The translations under genes were made by a program, and so were the position numbers. From a virus (taxonomy: Duplodnaviria; Caudoviricetes), in IMG/VR virus record IMGVR_UViG_3300008262_000013: a stretch of 64,000 nt of DNA; one strand, written 5' to 3'. Positions 41,494 to 51,593 of the stretch are shown here, piece by piece; the first letter of the stretch is position 1, and every line of letters begins with the position of its first letter. The notes beneath the pieces were generated by a model. It searched no databases. It was given only the letters and a program-made list of their open reading frames with translations, and had not been told where the DNA came from.

Positions 41494-42846
41494 ATGCAAT
41501 CGAATTTTTTAATATCAACTGGGTTTATAATAAAAGAATTAAACCTTGTCGCCAAAGATAAAACTGAACGAAGTCTTATTGCACACTACAAAGAAATAAA
41601 CATTTTCGATTCAATATTGCAGCCATGTTTAACTGGTAATATTTTAATTGAAGATTCGTCTGGATTGTCTGATTCTTTTTTATTAGACGGTAATGATTTT
41701 ATAAAAATTCACATAGGAAAAGTTGACGATGATACTTTAGATATAAAAAGAATTTTTAGAATTTATAAACAGTCTGATAGAAATGTAGTAAATCAAACTA
41801 AAGAAACTTATATTTTACATTTTATTTCTGAAGAATTTGTTACGGCACAATTTAAAAAGGTGGGACAAGCTTATTTAAATACCACATATAGTAACACTGC
41901 ACTCAAAATTCTTAGAGATTATTTAAAAACTCCTAGTGAAAAAATAAAAGGAGGAGAATTTGATACATCTTTAGGAATAAGAGATATTGTAGTTCCATTA
42001 TATTTAAATCCAATAGACGCTATAATGTGGATGACAAAATTGGCAATTGATACTGATCACAGACCATGTTTTCTTTTTTACGAAAATATTTTTGGTTATA
42101 ACTTTGCTAGTTTAAGTAATTTGTTAGATAAAGAATCGGTTGTAAATATAAATTTTGATCCTAAAAACTTAGGTCGTATGGATGAAACAAATGATATGTT
42201 TGGAGCCAGACATTTTGAAGTTATACAGCAGTTTGATATTTTATCAAATATAAAAAACGGAGTTTATTCGGGTAAATTTATTGGATATGATAGAAATATA
42301 GGTCAAAGTCTAGAATTAAATTTCGATTACAATTCTATAAATCATCCAAAAAATTCTAGGAATAACGGACCTGCTGTGGCAAATTTAAAAACCATAGAAG
42401 GCGATTTATTAAACAATTTTTCAGAATCAAATATAGTTGAAGGTCCTACAAGTTTAATATCTAGAAATATAAATGAAATAAAACAAAATAGTCCAGGAGA
42501 ATTCGAAAAGAAGATAGATTATGAACAAATTTTATTTCAGAGAGAATCTATATTTGCAAACTTCTTTTCACAAAGAGTTAAACTTGTAGTGCCAGGAAAT
42601 TTTGGAATTTCATCAGGAGCAAATGTATATTTAAACATACCTAAATTCTCCGAGAAAGTTCCAGGAGAAAATAATTTAGACAGAACATTATATGGTCATT
42701 ATATGATCATCGCAGCACGGCACAAATTAACACCGGACAATAAACACGAAACTATTTTTGAAGCTTGTACAAACAGTTCAAATAGAAGTGATAGATATAA
42801 TAAAATGATCGGCGTTGATAATGTAACTAATACAAATTATGCGTAA
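41494..42846 (+). CDS. baseplate hub-associated protein (gp27-like position)
   Basis: Lies between gp53 and gp5; LFYEN..G.NF and VPGN...G motifs. Confidence 0.6.
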   Translation: MQSNFLISTGFIIKELNLVAKDKTERSLIAHYKEINIFDSILQPCLTGNILIEDSSGLSDSFLLDGNDFIKIHIGKVDDDTLDIKRIFRIYKQSDRNVVNQTKETYILHFISEEFVTAQFKKVGQAYLNTTYSNTALKILRDYLKTPSEKIKGGEFDTSLGIRDIVVPLYLNPIDAIMWMTKLAIDTDHRPCFLFYENIFGYNFASLSNLLDKESVVNINFDPKNLGRMDETNDMFGARHFEVIQQFDILSNIKNGVYSGKFIGYDRNIGQSLELNFDYNSINHPKNSRNNGPAVANLKTIEGDLLNNFSESNIVEGPTSLISRNINEIKQNSPGEFEKKIDYEQILFQRESIFANFFSQRVKLVVPGNFGISSGANVYLNIPKFSEKVPGENNLDRTLYGHYMIIAARHKLTPDNKHETIFEACTNSSNRSDRYNKMIGVDNVTNTNYA

Positions 42847-42867
42847 TATTTTTTTAAGGATAATCCT

Positions 42868-44673
42868 ATGACTATGCAAGTTGTAGAAAGAGATGCTATA
42901 GTTATCAATAATGCTGATCCACTTGGATTAGCCCGACTTCAAGTTTTTATCTATGGTGTTCATGATATAACTGGAATTAAAACTCCATTTGAGAACCTTC
43001 CTTGGGCGTTTGCATCTCAAACTACCGTTTCTATACCAAAAATATACACTCCAATAAAAGTAAAATATAAATTTTCTTTTGGTAGTGCAATGAGAGCTTT
43101 TGCTGATCAAGAGGCTTTAGAATGGCACTCTCCTTCACCTTATTTGAAATTAACAGAAAATAGAGACCCAAGACTCTATTTAAAATATGACAGTGAAAAT
43201 CAAAAATTTTTAAACCAAAGTCCTGTAGATTATTCAACGATTAAAAATAAAATAGCACAATTAGAGGAAGAAAAGAAAACATTAGAAAATGCCAAAAAAG
43301 CTAATGAAGAAGAACTAAAAAATTTAATTGCAGATGAAGAAAAATATCAAGTTTCACCTATAGACGAATCTGGATGGACTGTAGCTATAGAATACTCAAA
43401 AAGTGAACTCAATAACTTTTTAAATGATGTTGGTTCAATTGGTTCAGTAAGTGGGCAATCTTACGATAGTAGAATTTCTCAATTAGAATCTCAAATACAA
43501 AGTGGTAGAAAATTAGCTGAGATTGCGTATCCAAATAGAAATGAAGATGAGCAAGATTTAACATTAGAACAATATGCTGATCAAGTTTGGAATTCTCGTG
43601 AACTAACTGAAAGAGATAATTTAGTAACCAGAAAAGGACTACTAGAAAGAAATATATTAGATGCTGAGACAAACCTGGCAAATCTTTATAAGAACTCTAC
43701 ATCAAATTTAAATAGAGTAAATACGCAAAAACAAGGAATTCAAGAAGAAATAAACAAACAAAGTCTTAAAATACAAGAAATAGATAAACAAATTGCAGAA
43801 CTAAATTCTCAAGCTTCTAATGCGCCGAATGCTTTACTTTCCATAGAACAGGCAAGATCATTGGATGCAAGAGTAGGCCGATATGATGAAACTTCTGGTA
43901 AAGTTTATAATACACAAGAAGAATTAATAGGTAACTGGACAGGATATACTTTTTATTTACCCGGTTACGCATTACAACCTGGACCTTCTATACCAGACAG
44001 AAAAAAATTAATACCAATAGATTCGAAAGGTAGAATAAGTGAAGAATCTTATTTACAATCAACAAATCTTAATGGTTCAAAATCTGGTCAACTGAGTACA
44101 ATTATAGATCCTTCGGATAGTGTAGCTATAGAAAAATCAAATAATGATAAAACTTGGAATTGTGATATTTCCTATGAAACTAGATTAAAAATTCTCACAA
44201 AAAGACAAGAAGTTATAACAGCAGTTAAATGGTTGAGAGATAAGATACTTGCTCTTTTTGCAATTGATGGAAATTCTGCCACAGCTCAGTGGATTAAACA
44301 AACGGTTAAACTTTTAACGGCTACACTCAAAAGTATTCAGAAATTTTTAAAAGTAATAAATGAAATAGTACTAGAGATTGCAAAAATTACCGCACAGATA
44401 AGACAACTAATAAACTGGATATTAAGTTTACCCGCAAGATTATTGGTTCTGTTGCAAGACTGTTTAACTCATTTTTTTAATTCATTGACTGATGCTTTTT
44501 CCGAATCAATATCTTTAAGTGGTGCCGGTGGTGAAAATGTATCTTTTTCTGAAGTAACAGAATTAATATCTGAAACACAAAAAACATTCCAAACAGCAAA
44601 AGAAACAGTAGAAATTACAACAATAGTATATACAGAAATTAAAGCGATAGAAGCAACATTTGAAAAGGTATAA
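42868..44673 (+). CDS. gp5 N-terminal OB-like segment fused to a long coiled-coil region
   Basis: The first ~60 aa (NNADPLGLARLQV..YGVH...LPWA) match the gp5 N-terminus; the rest is heptad-rich. Confidence 0.55.
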   Translation: MTMQVVERDAIVINNADPLGLARLQVFIYGVHDITGIKTPFENLPWAFASQTTVSIPKIYTPIKVKYKFSFGSAMRAFADQEALEWHSPSPYLKLTENRDPRLYLKYDSENQKFLNQSPVDYSTIKNKIAQLEEEKKTLENAKKANEEELKNLIADEEKYQVSPIDESGWTVAIEYSKSELNNFLNDVGSIGSVSGQSYDSRISQLESQIQSGRKLAEIAYPNRNEDEQDLTLEQYADQVWNSRELTERDNLVTRKGLLERNILDAETNLANLYKNSTSNLNRVNTQKQGIQEEINKQSLKIQEIDKQIAELNSQASNAPNALLSIEQARSLDARVGRYDETSGKVYNTQEELIGNWTGYTFYLPGYALQPGPSIPDRKKLIPIDSKGRISEESYLQSTNLNGSKSGQLSTIIDPSDSVAIEKSNNDKTWNCDISYETRLKILTKRQEVITAVKWLRDKILALFAIDGNSATAQWIKQTVKLLTATLKSIQKFLKVINEIVLEIAKITAQIRQLINWILSLPARLLVLLQDCLTHFFNSLTDAFSESISLSGAGGENVSFSEVTELISETQKTFQTAKETVEITTIVYTEIKAIEATFEKV

Positions 44674-45485
44674 TGATGGCAGATACAGAAGTTAAAAAAC
44701 CCGAAGGTGATAGTACTTGGTATGAACCCGATTCTCAAGCAAATAATTCAGTTTATCCTCATGTAAAAGGATTTTATTCCGATTCTGGTCATTTTGTGGA
44801 AATGGATGACACACCACAATATGAAAGAATGAGAATACAACATAGAATAGGAAATTATACTGAGATACAATCCGATGGAACAGAAATTCATAAAATTATT
44901 GGTGATAATTATGAAATAGTTGTTAAGAACAATCATGTTTTGATAAAAGGTTATTGCTCTGTGACTATAGAAGGTGATTCTAAATTAAATGTTAAGGGAG
45001 ATGTTTATCAAAACATTGAAGGTAATGTTTATCAAAACATTGAAGGTCAGATGGACGCTGTTGTCACCGGTGAGGTAAATTTAACTTCAGAAACCGATGT
45101 AAACATAACTGCTGGAGGAATAGAAGGACAAATTAATTTAAATGCTCCTTTTTCTGTTCATGTCGAAGGTGATTTAACTGTAAACGGAGGAATATCTTCC
45201 ACAGGACCTATTGCTTGTTCTGAAAACATAATAGCGAGTAAAAAAGTTTTTGGTGCTTTAGGATTGGTAACTCCCACAGGAGTTTTAGTTGGCCTTCCAG
45301 ATGCTGGTGCTGTTGCACCAGGAATTTATTCTGCTGGTCCCATTTCATCATTATCCTCAGTTACGGCGCCAGTATTGAATGATATTATTGGACCAATACA
45401 GATATTCAGACATGCGTATACATATCATTTTCATCCAGGAGATTCTGGAGGAGTTACTGGAATTCCTAGCATAGGAGCTTTATAA
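44673..45485 (+). CDS. gp5: gp5 C-terminal (beta-helix spike) part
   Basis: YPHV....SGHFVEMDDTP..ER....H..G.Y.EI and octapeptide repeats (VYQNIEG twice, tandem 24-nt repeat at 45001-45047). Confidence 0.75.
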   Translation: MMADTEVKKPEGDSTWYEPDSQANNSVYPHVKGFYSDSGHFVEMDDTPQYERMRIQHRIGNYTEIQSDGTEIHKIIGDNYEIVVKNNHVLIKGYCSVTIEGDSKLNVKGDVYQNIEGNVYQNIEGQMDAVVTGEVNLTSETDVNITAGGIEGQINLNAPFSVHVEGDLTVNGGISSTGPIACSENIIASKKVFGALGLVTPTGVLVGLPDAGAVAPGIYSAGPISSLSSVTAPVLNDIIGPIQIFRHAYTYHFHPGDSGGVTGIPSIGAL

Positions 45486-46297
45486 TGGCAAATGTTTTAG
45501 ATAGATTAACAACTACTTTCGATTCATCTAAATTTGGTGATGATATTAATTTGAGTGACAGAGCTAAAGCTTTTTTAAACACAAGTCCTATAAAAATAAG
45601 TTCATGGGCGGCTAGTGATTTGGCCAATGGTGCGGTGACACGTTCTGATTATTTTCAAAATCCTGTTGCATCTTATGTTTCTAGTATATCTTCTAATTTA
45701 AATTCAATTATAACATTATGTACTACTAGTCCAGATACAAACTATCCTAGTTCTAATGCTGCGATAAAAAATTTAGCTAATTCATCAAATAATTTAGTAA
45801 CTCAATTAAATTTATTTTTACAACATACAAATAGAATATCTGGTGTTTCAGAGAGTTATTTTGATTCATCTACAGGAGTTATAAAACCAAATTATCAAGA
45901 TTGTGTCGGATCTGGAGGAATGATATTAACTATATTGGGAACAACAGATAATGTTAGAAATTCTACTCCTATTTTAAACCAGTTTACTAGTTTGTATATT
46001 GAAGAAGAATTGGCGGCTAATAATTGGAGTATAGGAAATACTAAAAACTCACTACAAACCGTGCCTTCTTCACTGACAACATCTCAAGTAAATGCAATGA
46101 ATGTAATAATAAACACCGCAAATACATTACTTTACACCAGAAGAACCGAAGATGAGAATTATTTTTACGCTTCCCAACAAATTTTAAAAGATTTTCAGAT
46201 ACTAAACGGAATGCAAAACTCGGGAAGTACTGAAAAAAATCTAATTACCAATAAAATAGGAACCGCAAAACTCAAAACCTCTTTAGGAGTTGAATAA
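45485..46297 (+). CDS. conserved hypothetical virion-region protein
   Basis: Track ORF between gp5 and gp25. Confidence 0.7.
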   Translation: MANVLDRLTTTFDSSKFGDDINLSDRAKAFLNTSPIKISSWAASDLANGAVTRSDYFQNPVASYVSSISSNLNSIITLCTTSPDTNYPSSNAAIKNLANSSNNLVTQLNLFLQHTNRISGVSESYFDSSTGVIKPNYQDCVGSGGMILTILGTTDNVRNSTPILNQFTSLYIEEELAANNWSIGNTKNSLQTVPSSLTTSQVNAMNVIINTANTLLYTRRTEDENYFYASQQILKDFQILNGMQNSGSTEKNLITNKIGTAKLKTSLGVE

Positions 46298-46304
46298 ATA
46301 ATAG

Positions 46305-46709
46305 ATGGCCACAATTACTACCAATGTTGCGAGAACTTATAAGGACTTAGACCTCCTTTTCAATGTTCACCCAATAAAAAAAGACGTTAATAAACACACA
46401 GCAGAAATGGCTGTGATTAATTCTGTAAAAAACTTGATTTTAACAAATCATTATGAACGTCCTTTTCAACCAGAAATAGGATCTAATGTCTCAAAACTTT
46501 TATTCGAACAACTAGATTTTGTGACTGCCGCAGCATTGGAAAGAGAAATTTCTCAGACAATACGAAATTTTGAACCAAGAGCCTCTGTTTATAGAATACG
46601 TGCTTTACCAGATTATGACAACAATGGTTTTACGATAGATATGGAATTTACCATTATAAACAGAACTGAACCAATAACAATAACATTTTTTCTAGATCGA
46701 GTAAGATAA
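46305..46709 (+). CDS. gp25: baseplate wedge subunit gp25
   Basis: YKDLDL.F, SVKNLI.T...ERPF.P.IGS and FEPRA. Confidence 0.92.
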   Translation: MATITTNVARTYKDLDLLFNVHPIKKDVNKHTAEMAVINSVKNLILTNHYERPFQPEIGSNVSKLLFEQLDFVTAAALEREISQTIRNFEPRASVYRIRALPDYDNNGFTIDMEFTIINRTEPITITFFLDRVR

Positions 46710-48785
46710 ATGACAGATCGTTTAAGAGTAACAGAACTTGATTTTGATCAAATCAAAACAAATTTAAAAAGTTTTTTAAAAAGTCAAAATGAATTTACCG
46801 ACTATGATTTTGACGGTTCTGGATTAAGTGTACTTTTAGATATACTGGCTTATAATACACATTATAACGCTTATTATCTAAACATGATTGCAAATGAATC
46901 CTTCTTAGATACGGCTCTTTTAAGAAACTCGGTTATTTCTCATGCCAAAAAATTTGGATATGTTCCAAGATCAGCAACAGCTGCAAGAGCTACAATTAAC
47001 TTTACTATCAATAGTTTAAACTCTACACCAGGTAGTTTAACTTTACCAAGAGGATATATTTTCTTATCTTCATTGATTGATAATAAAGTATATAATTTTG
47101 TTACATTAGAAGATACTACCGTAACAAAAACTGGGACAAATTTCGTATTCAATAATTTAAAAATATACGAAGGATCTTTGAATAGATATTCTTTCAACCA
47201 TTCTGAAGCTTCAAATCCAAAGCAAATATTTTCTATACCAGATTCGAATATTGATACATCAACATTAAAAGTTACTGTACAACAATCTTCATCTAATACA
47301 GATTCGGTTGTTTATAGTTTAGCCACAGATGTAATAAATCTTACTGCTAACTCTACTGTTTATTTTTTACAAGAGGGACTAAACAATCAATATCAGATTT
47401 ATTTTGGTGATGATGTAATCGGTAAAAAAATACCTGACGCTGGTGTAGTAAATGTAACCTATCTTTCTACGAACGGATCTGTTGCTAATAAAGCCAATAC
47501 TTTTGTTGCCACGACACCAGTCTCATCTTTTACTACTTTTAGTGTGACCCCAGTTGCCGCTTCTTCTGGCGGCGCAGCAAAGGAATCTGTCGATCAAATT
47601 AAGTTTGCAGCTCCATTACAGTTTACCTCTCAAAATAGAGCTGTAACAAAAAATGATTATATTAAACTAATTCAACAAAAATATCCACAGTTTGATGCGG
47701 TTAATGTTTGGGGTGGAGAAGAAAATATTCCTCCCGTTTATGGTAAAATTTTTATTTCTGCTAAACCTAAATTGGGATTTGAAGTTTCTGATACCGAAAA
47801 AAATTATTTTATAAATGAGATAGTTAAACCCATAAGTGTTTTAACAGTTACTCCAGAATTTGTTGATGTTGATTATAATTACATTAAGTTAATTTCTACC
47901 GTTTATTATGACCCAACGAAAACTGATTTAAATACATCAACTCTACAATCAAAAGTTACAAATGCGATAACTTCATTTTCAAATTTAAATTTAAATAAAT
48001 TTAATTCAATTTTTAGTTCATCAAAATTAAGAACTAATGTTGATAATTCTGATATTTCTGTACAATCAAACGAATTGGAAATATTTTTGTCTAAGAGATT
48101 TAGACCTGTTTTAACACAAACTAATACTTATACTTTAGATTTTGGTGTTGAATTGTCTAGAGGCACAACACTCGATAATTTTTATTCTTCACCAAATTTT
48201 AATATACTTGACGAAAATTTAATAGAAAGATCCTGCTTTATTGAAGAAGTTCCATCTTCATTTACAGGAGTCGAATCGATATCAGTTATAACACCAGGTT
48301 CAGGATATACGTCAACACCAACCATAGAAATTATTGGAGATGGTCGAGGAGCCAAAGCGGCCGCCATTATCGTAAACGGAAAACTAAGTTCAGTAAAAGT
48401 TATAAATCCTGGTATTGGTTATACAACAGCTGCAATAAGAATTATTGGTGGTGGAGGAACAAATGCTACTGCTGAGTCTATTTTAGAAAATAGGTTTGGT
48501 AAAATTAGAATCGCCTATTTTAAACCAGATGAGCTTACAAGTAGAAGTACAAAGGTTATTTTAAATGCCGAAAAAAATGAAGGTATTACTGGTGTTATAG
48601 ATTACGTTTTAGGCACTATAACAATAGAAAATTTTGCTCCACTTTCTGTAGATAATGATTTTGATGAACTTTCTATAAATGTTAGACCAAAATCTACAGT
48701 TTTACAATCAATTAAAAATAAAATGTTAGCTTTCGATCAAACGGATCCAACCAGTGTTGTTGTTGAACTAAAAATCATAAAATAA
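46710..48785 (+). CDS. gp6: baseplate wedge subunit gp6
   Basis: LDFDQIK.NL..FL...EFTDYDF.GS.LS.LLD.LAYNTHY and QNRAVT..DY. Confidence 0.93.
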   Translation: MTDRLRVTELDFDQIKTNLKSFLKSQNEFTDYDFDGSGLSVLLDILAYNTHYNAYYLNMIANESFLDTALLRNSVISHAKKFGYVPRSATAARATINFTINSLNSTPGSLTLPRGYIFLSSLIDNKVYNFVTLEDTTVTKTGTNFVFNNLKIYEGSLNRYSFNHSEASNPKQIFSIPDSNIDTSTLKVTVQQSSSNTDSVVYSLATDVINLTANSTVYFLQEGLNNQYQIYFGDDVIGKKIPDAGVVNVTYLSTNGSVANKANTFVATTPVSSFTTFSVTPVAASSGGAAKESVDQIKFAAPLQFTSQNRAVTKNDYIKLIQQKYPQFDAVNVWGGEENIPPVYGKIFISAKPKLGFEVSDTEKNYFINEIVKPISVLTVTPEFVDVDYNYIKLISTVYYDPTKTDLNTSTLQSKVTNAITSFSNLNLNKFNSIFSSSKLRTNVDNSDISVQSNELEIFLSKRFRPVLTQTNTYTLDFGVELSRGTTLDNFYSSPNFNILDENLIERSCFIEEVPSSFTGVESISVITPGSGYTSTPTIEIIGDGRGAKAAAIIVNGKLSSVKVINPGIGYTTAAIRIIGGGGTNATAESILENRFGKIRIAYFKPDELTSRSTKVILNAEKNEGITGVIDYVLGTITIENFAPLSVDNDFDELSINVRPKSTVLQSIKNKMLAFDQTDPTSVVVELKIIK

Positions 48786-48789
48786 AAAA

Positions 48790-51585
48790 ATGTCAGAATT
48801 AATTGTTTCCAATTTAGTTTCAAGTCAACTACCTGATTTTATTAGGTCTGATAACCCCAAGTTTGTCATTTTTTTAGAAAAATACTATAAATGGTTAGAA
48901 AGTAGTAATAATGCATTATACGAAGTCAAAACTTTAGAACAGTCTAAAGATTTAGATTTGGTCGATGATTACTATTTAAATGAAATAGCAAAAGAAGTTT
49001 TACCATATTTTCCAAAAGAAATTCTTTTAGATAAAAGAACTTTTATAAAAAATGTAGGAGAATTTTATAGGTCAAAAGGAACACCAGAATCAGTAAAGTT
49101 TTTATTTAGAATATTATATAATGAAGATATTGAAATTTATTTTCCAAAAGAACAAATATTAAAAGTTTCTGACGGAAAATGGGTATTACCTTTATCGTTA
49201 AGAGTTGAGACTGGTGATACCAATATTTTTGATATTGAAAAATGTAAAATTACCGGAACAAATTCAAAAGCAACAGCTATCGTTGAAAAAGTTATAAAAT
49301 CGGTTGACCGACAGTTAGGAATAGAATATGTAGAATTATACATTTCCAATATTAATAAATTATTTTTAACTGGAGAAAATGTAAGCACAACTATAGTAAG
49401 AACCAATGGAAATGAAGATTTTGTTACCGCAAAATTAATTGGTTCTTTATCTGAAATTAAAATTGATCCTAAAAATAGAGGATTATATTACAATGGATAT
49501 GATACAGAATTAAGATATGAAGGAGATCCAGTTACAATTATAGGTGGATTGAATCCAAGTTCTGGTAACCCTATTGGTGCTATAGCTACAGTTGGAAATG
49601 TATTACAGGGTTCAGTTGACGATGTTGTTGTTACTAATGGAGGTTTTGGATTTAGGGATCCCGCATTATATCAAAATTCCTCAATTCTTGATTTTACTGG
49701 AGGATTTAAAGATATATTATTAGGTTCTGAAGCTAAGGCTAAAATATTACTGTTGGATGAAAAAGTATATAGAACAATAAACGTAAGTAATATAACAATA
49801 GAATCTTTCTATTCTTCAACTATTGACGGAATTGATAATGTAAATGACAATAAAACGATAAATGAATTGACTACGAAACAAACACTGAATGTTTTTCCCA
49901 TATCTTTTATTACCGTAGAATCTTCTGGTGGAGGGTATAAAACTCAACCCGATTTGGACATTTATAGTTTGTATATGGAAGAACTTGATGATACATTAAT
50001 TATAAATTCAACTACTGCCGTAAAGGGCACTAGAGTTTTGAGAGATGAGTCTCAAGATTTAACCAACTCTTTTGAAGTTGGAGAAACAGTAAAATTATTT
50101 TTAAGAAATAGATATGAAGAAATAAAAATTGTAGCCAACGTAAGTTCAAACACAATAACTTTTTTTGATGAATTTGAAAATAATATAAACAATCTTTCAG
50201 TATATAAATTAAATAGAAGGAAATTAACCGAAGTTGGATCTTTAGGTAGAATTCAAATAGTCAATGGTGGAAATGGTTATTCTGTTGGGGATTTTTTAGT
50301 TTTTAGTAGTACTGGTAGAGGATATGGAGCTAATGCGAATGTTAGTTCTGTACATGCCGGAAATAATGGAATTAAAACAATAACTTTCAATGAAACATCC
50401 GATTATATTAGAGGTGGTGAAAGTTATACTATGATTGACCTTCCAACCGTAACAGTTAATTCTCCCGGTGGAGGACAAAATGCAGTATTAAAAGTATCCG
50501 AAATATTAGGTGAAGGATTAAATAAAGAAATTTCTACAACTAGAATTGGTGCAATATCAAGTATAAGAGTTATAAGTTACGGTTATGATTATGTTTCTGC
50601 TCCAATTATTTCTTTGAGAAATGCTGACATATCATTAACTGATGTTACCGAAGGTCAAATTTATGTAGCGAATACATTTGTTTATCAAGGAGCATCGAAT
50701 ACAAATTATAGTTGGTCTGCTTATGTGGACAAATATTCAACATCAAATAATTCATTAAGAGTTTATAATTATACAGGAACTTTTGATTCTAGTCTATCTA
50801 TAAAATCTGATGATAATTTAACCACAGGAAATGTTGTGACCTCGTTGTTCTACGGCGATGGTAAGGCTAAGGCAACAGCCAAATTTGAAAATGGATTGAT
50901 TCGATATCCTGGAATTTACTTGAATACCGATGGTCAACCAAGTTCGGATCAAAAATTTCAAGATGATAAAAAATATCATAACTTCTCGTATATAATTAAT
51001 ACAGAAAATGATTATTATAAATTTAAGAAAACATTGCAAGAAACTGTACATCCATTAGGAACAAAAACTTTTGTAACTAAAATTGATACGAATTCAAAAA
51101 ATGCTTCTGATCAAAATGTACAAATAATCTATTTAACGCAAGATTATCATTCAAATACATTTAATATAAGTAATATTTCTAATAGTATAGTGTCAACGTC
51201 AATAACTCCAAACGTGCAATCTGAAGTTTCTGTTGGCAATTTAATTATTTTAAAAAATTTAGAAAAAACCATAAATGGTACAGCAAATATTTCATCCAGC
51301 TCAAATGTAATAACTGGTAACGGAACTAATTTTATTCATGATGTGGTTGATGGCCAAACGCTCTATCTTTCCTCTGGAAATACAGTAGTCGTAAAAAGTA
51401 TATTTAATGCAAATACTATTTTTGCTCAAACAGAATTTGGCATTTCTAGCACCGATTTGACAATTAGGGTGGTGTTTGATGAAACGAAAAATGTCTCTTT
51501 TGTGAATGCCAACACCATTTTAGTTGACACTAATCCAATAACAACAAACAACTTTGTTTCAATAATTGTACAAAAAGTGAGATAA
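48790..51585 (+). CDS. gp7: baseplate wedge initiator gp7-like
   Basis: FY.SKGT..S..FLFRILY and QD...YH.FSY.I; lies between gp6 and gp8. Confidence 0.7.
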   Translation: MSELIVSNLVSSQLPDFIRSDNPKFVIFLEKYYKWLESSNNALYEVKTLEQSKDLDLVDDYYLNEIAKEVLPYFPKEILLDKRTFIKNVGEFYRSKGTPESVKFLFRILYNEDIEIYFPKEQILKVSDGKWVLPLSLRVETGDTNIFDIEKCKITGTNSKATAIVEKVIKSVDRQLGIEYVELYISNINKLFLTGENVSTTIVRTNGNEDFVTAKLIGSLSEIKIDPKNRGLYYNGYDTELRYEGDPVTIIGGLNPSSGNPIGAIATVGNVLQGSVDDVVVTNGGFGFRDPALYQNSSILDFTGGFKDILLGSEAKAKILLLDEKVYRTINVSNITIESFYSSTIDGIDNVNDNKTINELTTKQTLNVFPISFITVESSGGGYKTQPDLDIYSLYMEELDDTLIINSTTAVKGTRVLRDESQDLTNSFEVGETVKLFLRNRYEEIKIVANVSSNTITFFDEFENNINNLSVYKLNRRKLTEVGSLGRIQIVNGGNGYSVGDFLVFSSTGRGYGANANVSSVHAGNNGIKTITFNETSDYIRGGESYTMIDLPTVTVNSPGGGQNAVLKVSEILGEGLNKEISTTRIGAISSIRVISYGYDYVSAPIISLRNADISLTDVTEGQIYVANTFVYQGASNTNYSWSAYVDKYSTSNNSLRVYNYTGTFDSSLSIKSDDNLTTGNVVTSLFYGDGKAKATAKFENGLIRYPGIYLNTDGQPSSDQKFQDDKKYHNFSYIINTENDYYKFKKTLQETVHPLGTKTFVTKIDTNSKNASDQNVQIIYLTQDYHSNTFNISNISNSIVSTSITPNVQSEVSVGNLIILKNLEKTINGTANISSSSNVITGNGTNFIHDVVDGQTLYLSSGNTVVVKSIFNANTIFAQTEFGISSTDLTIRVVFDETKNVSFVNANTILVDTNPITTNNFVSIIVQKVR

Positions 51586-51593
51586 ATAAGTCT

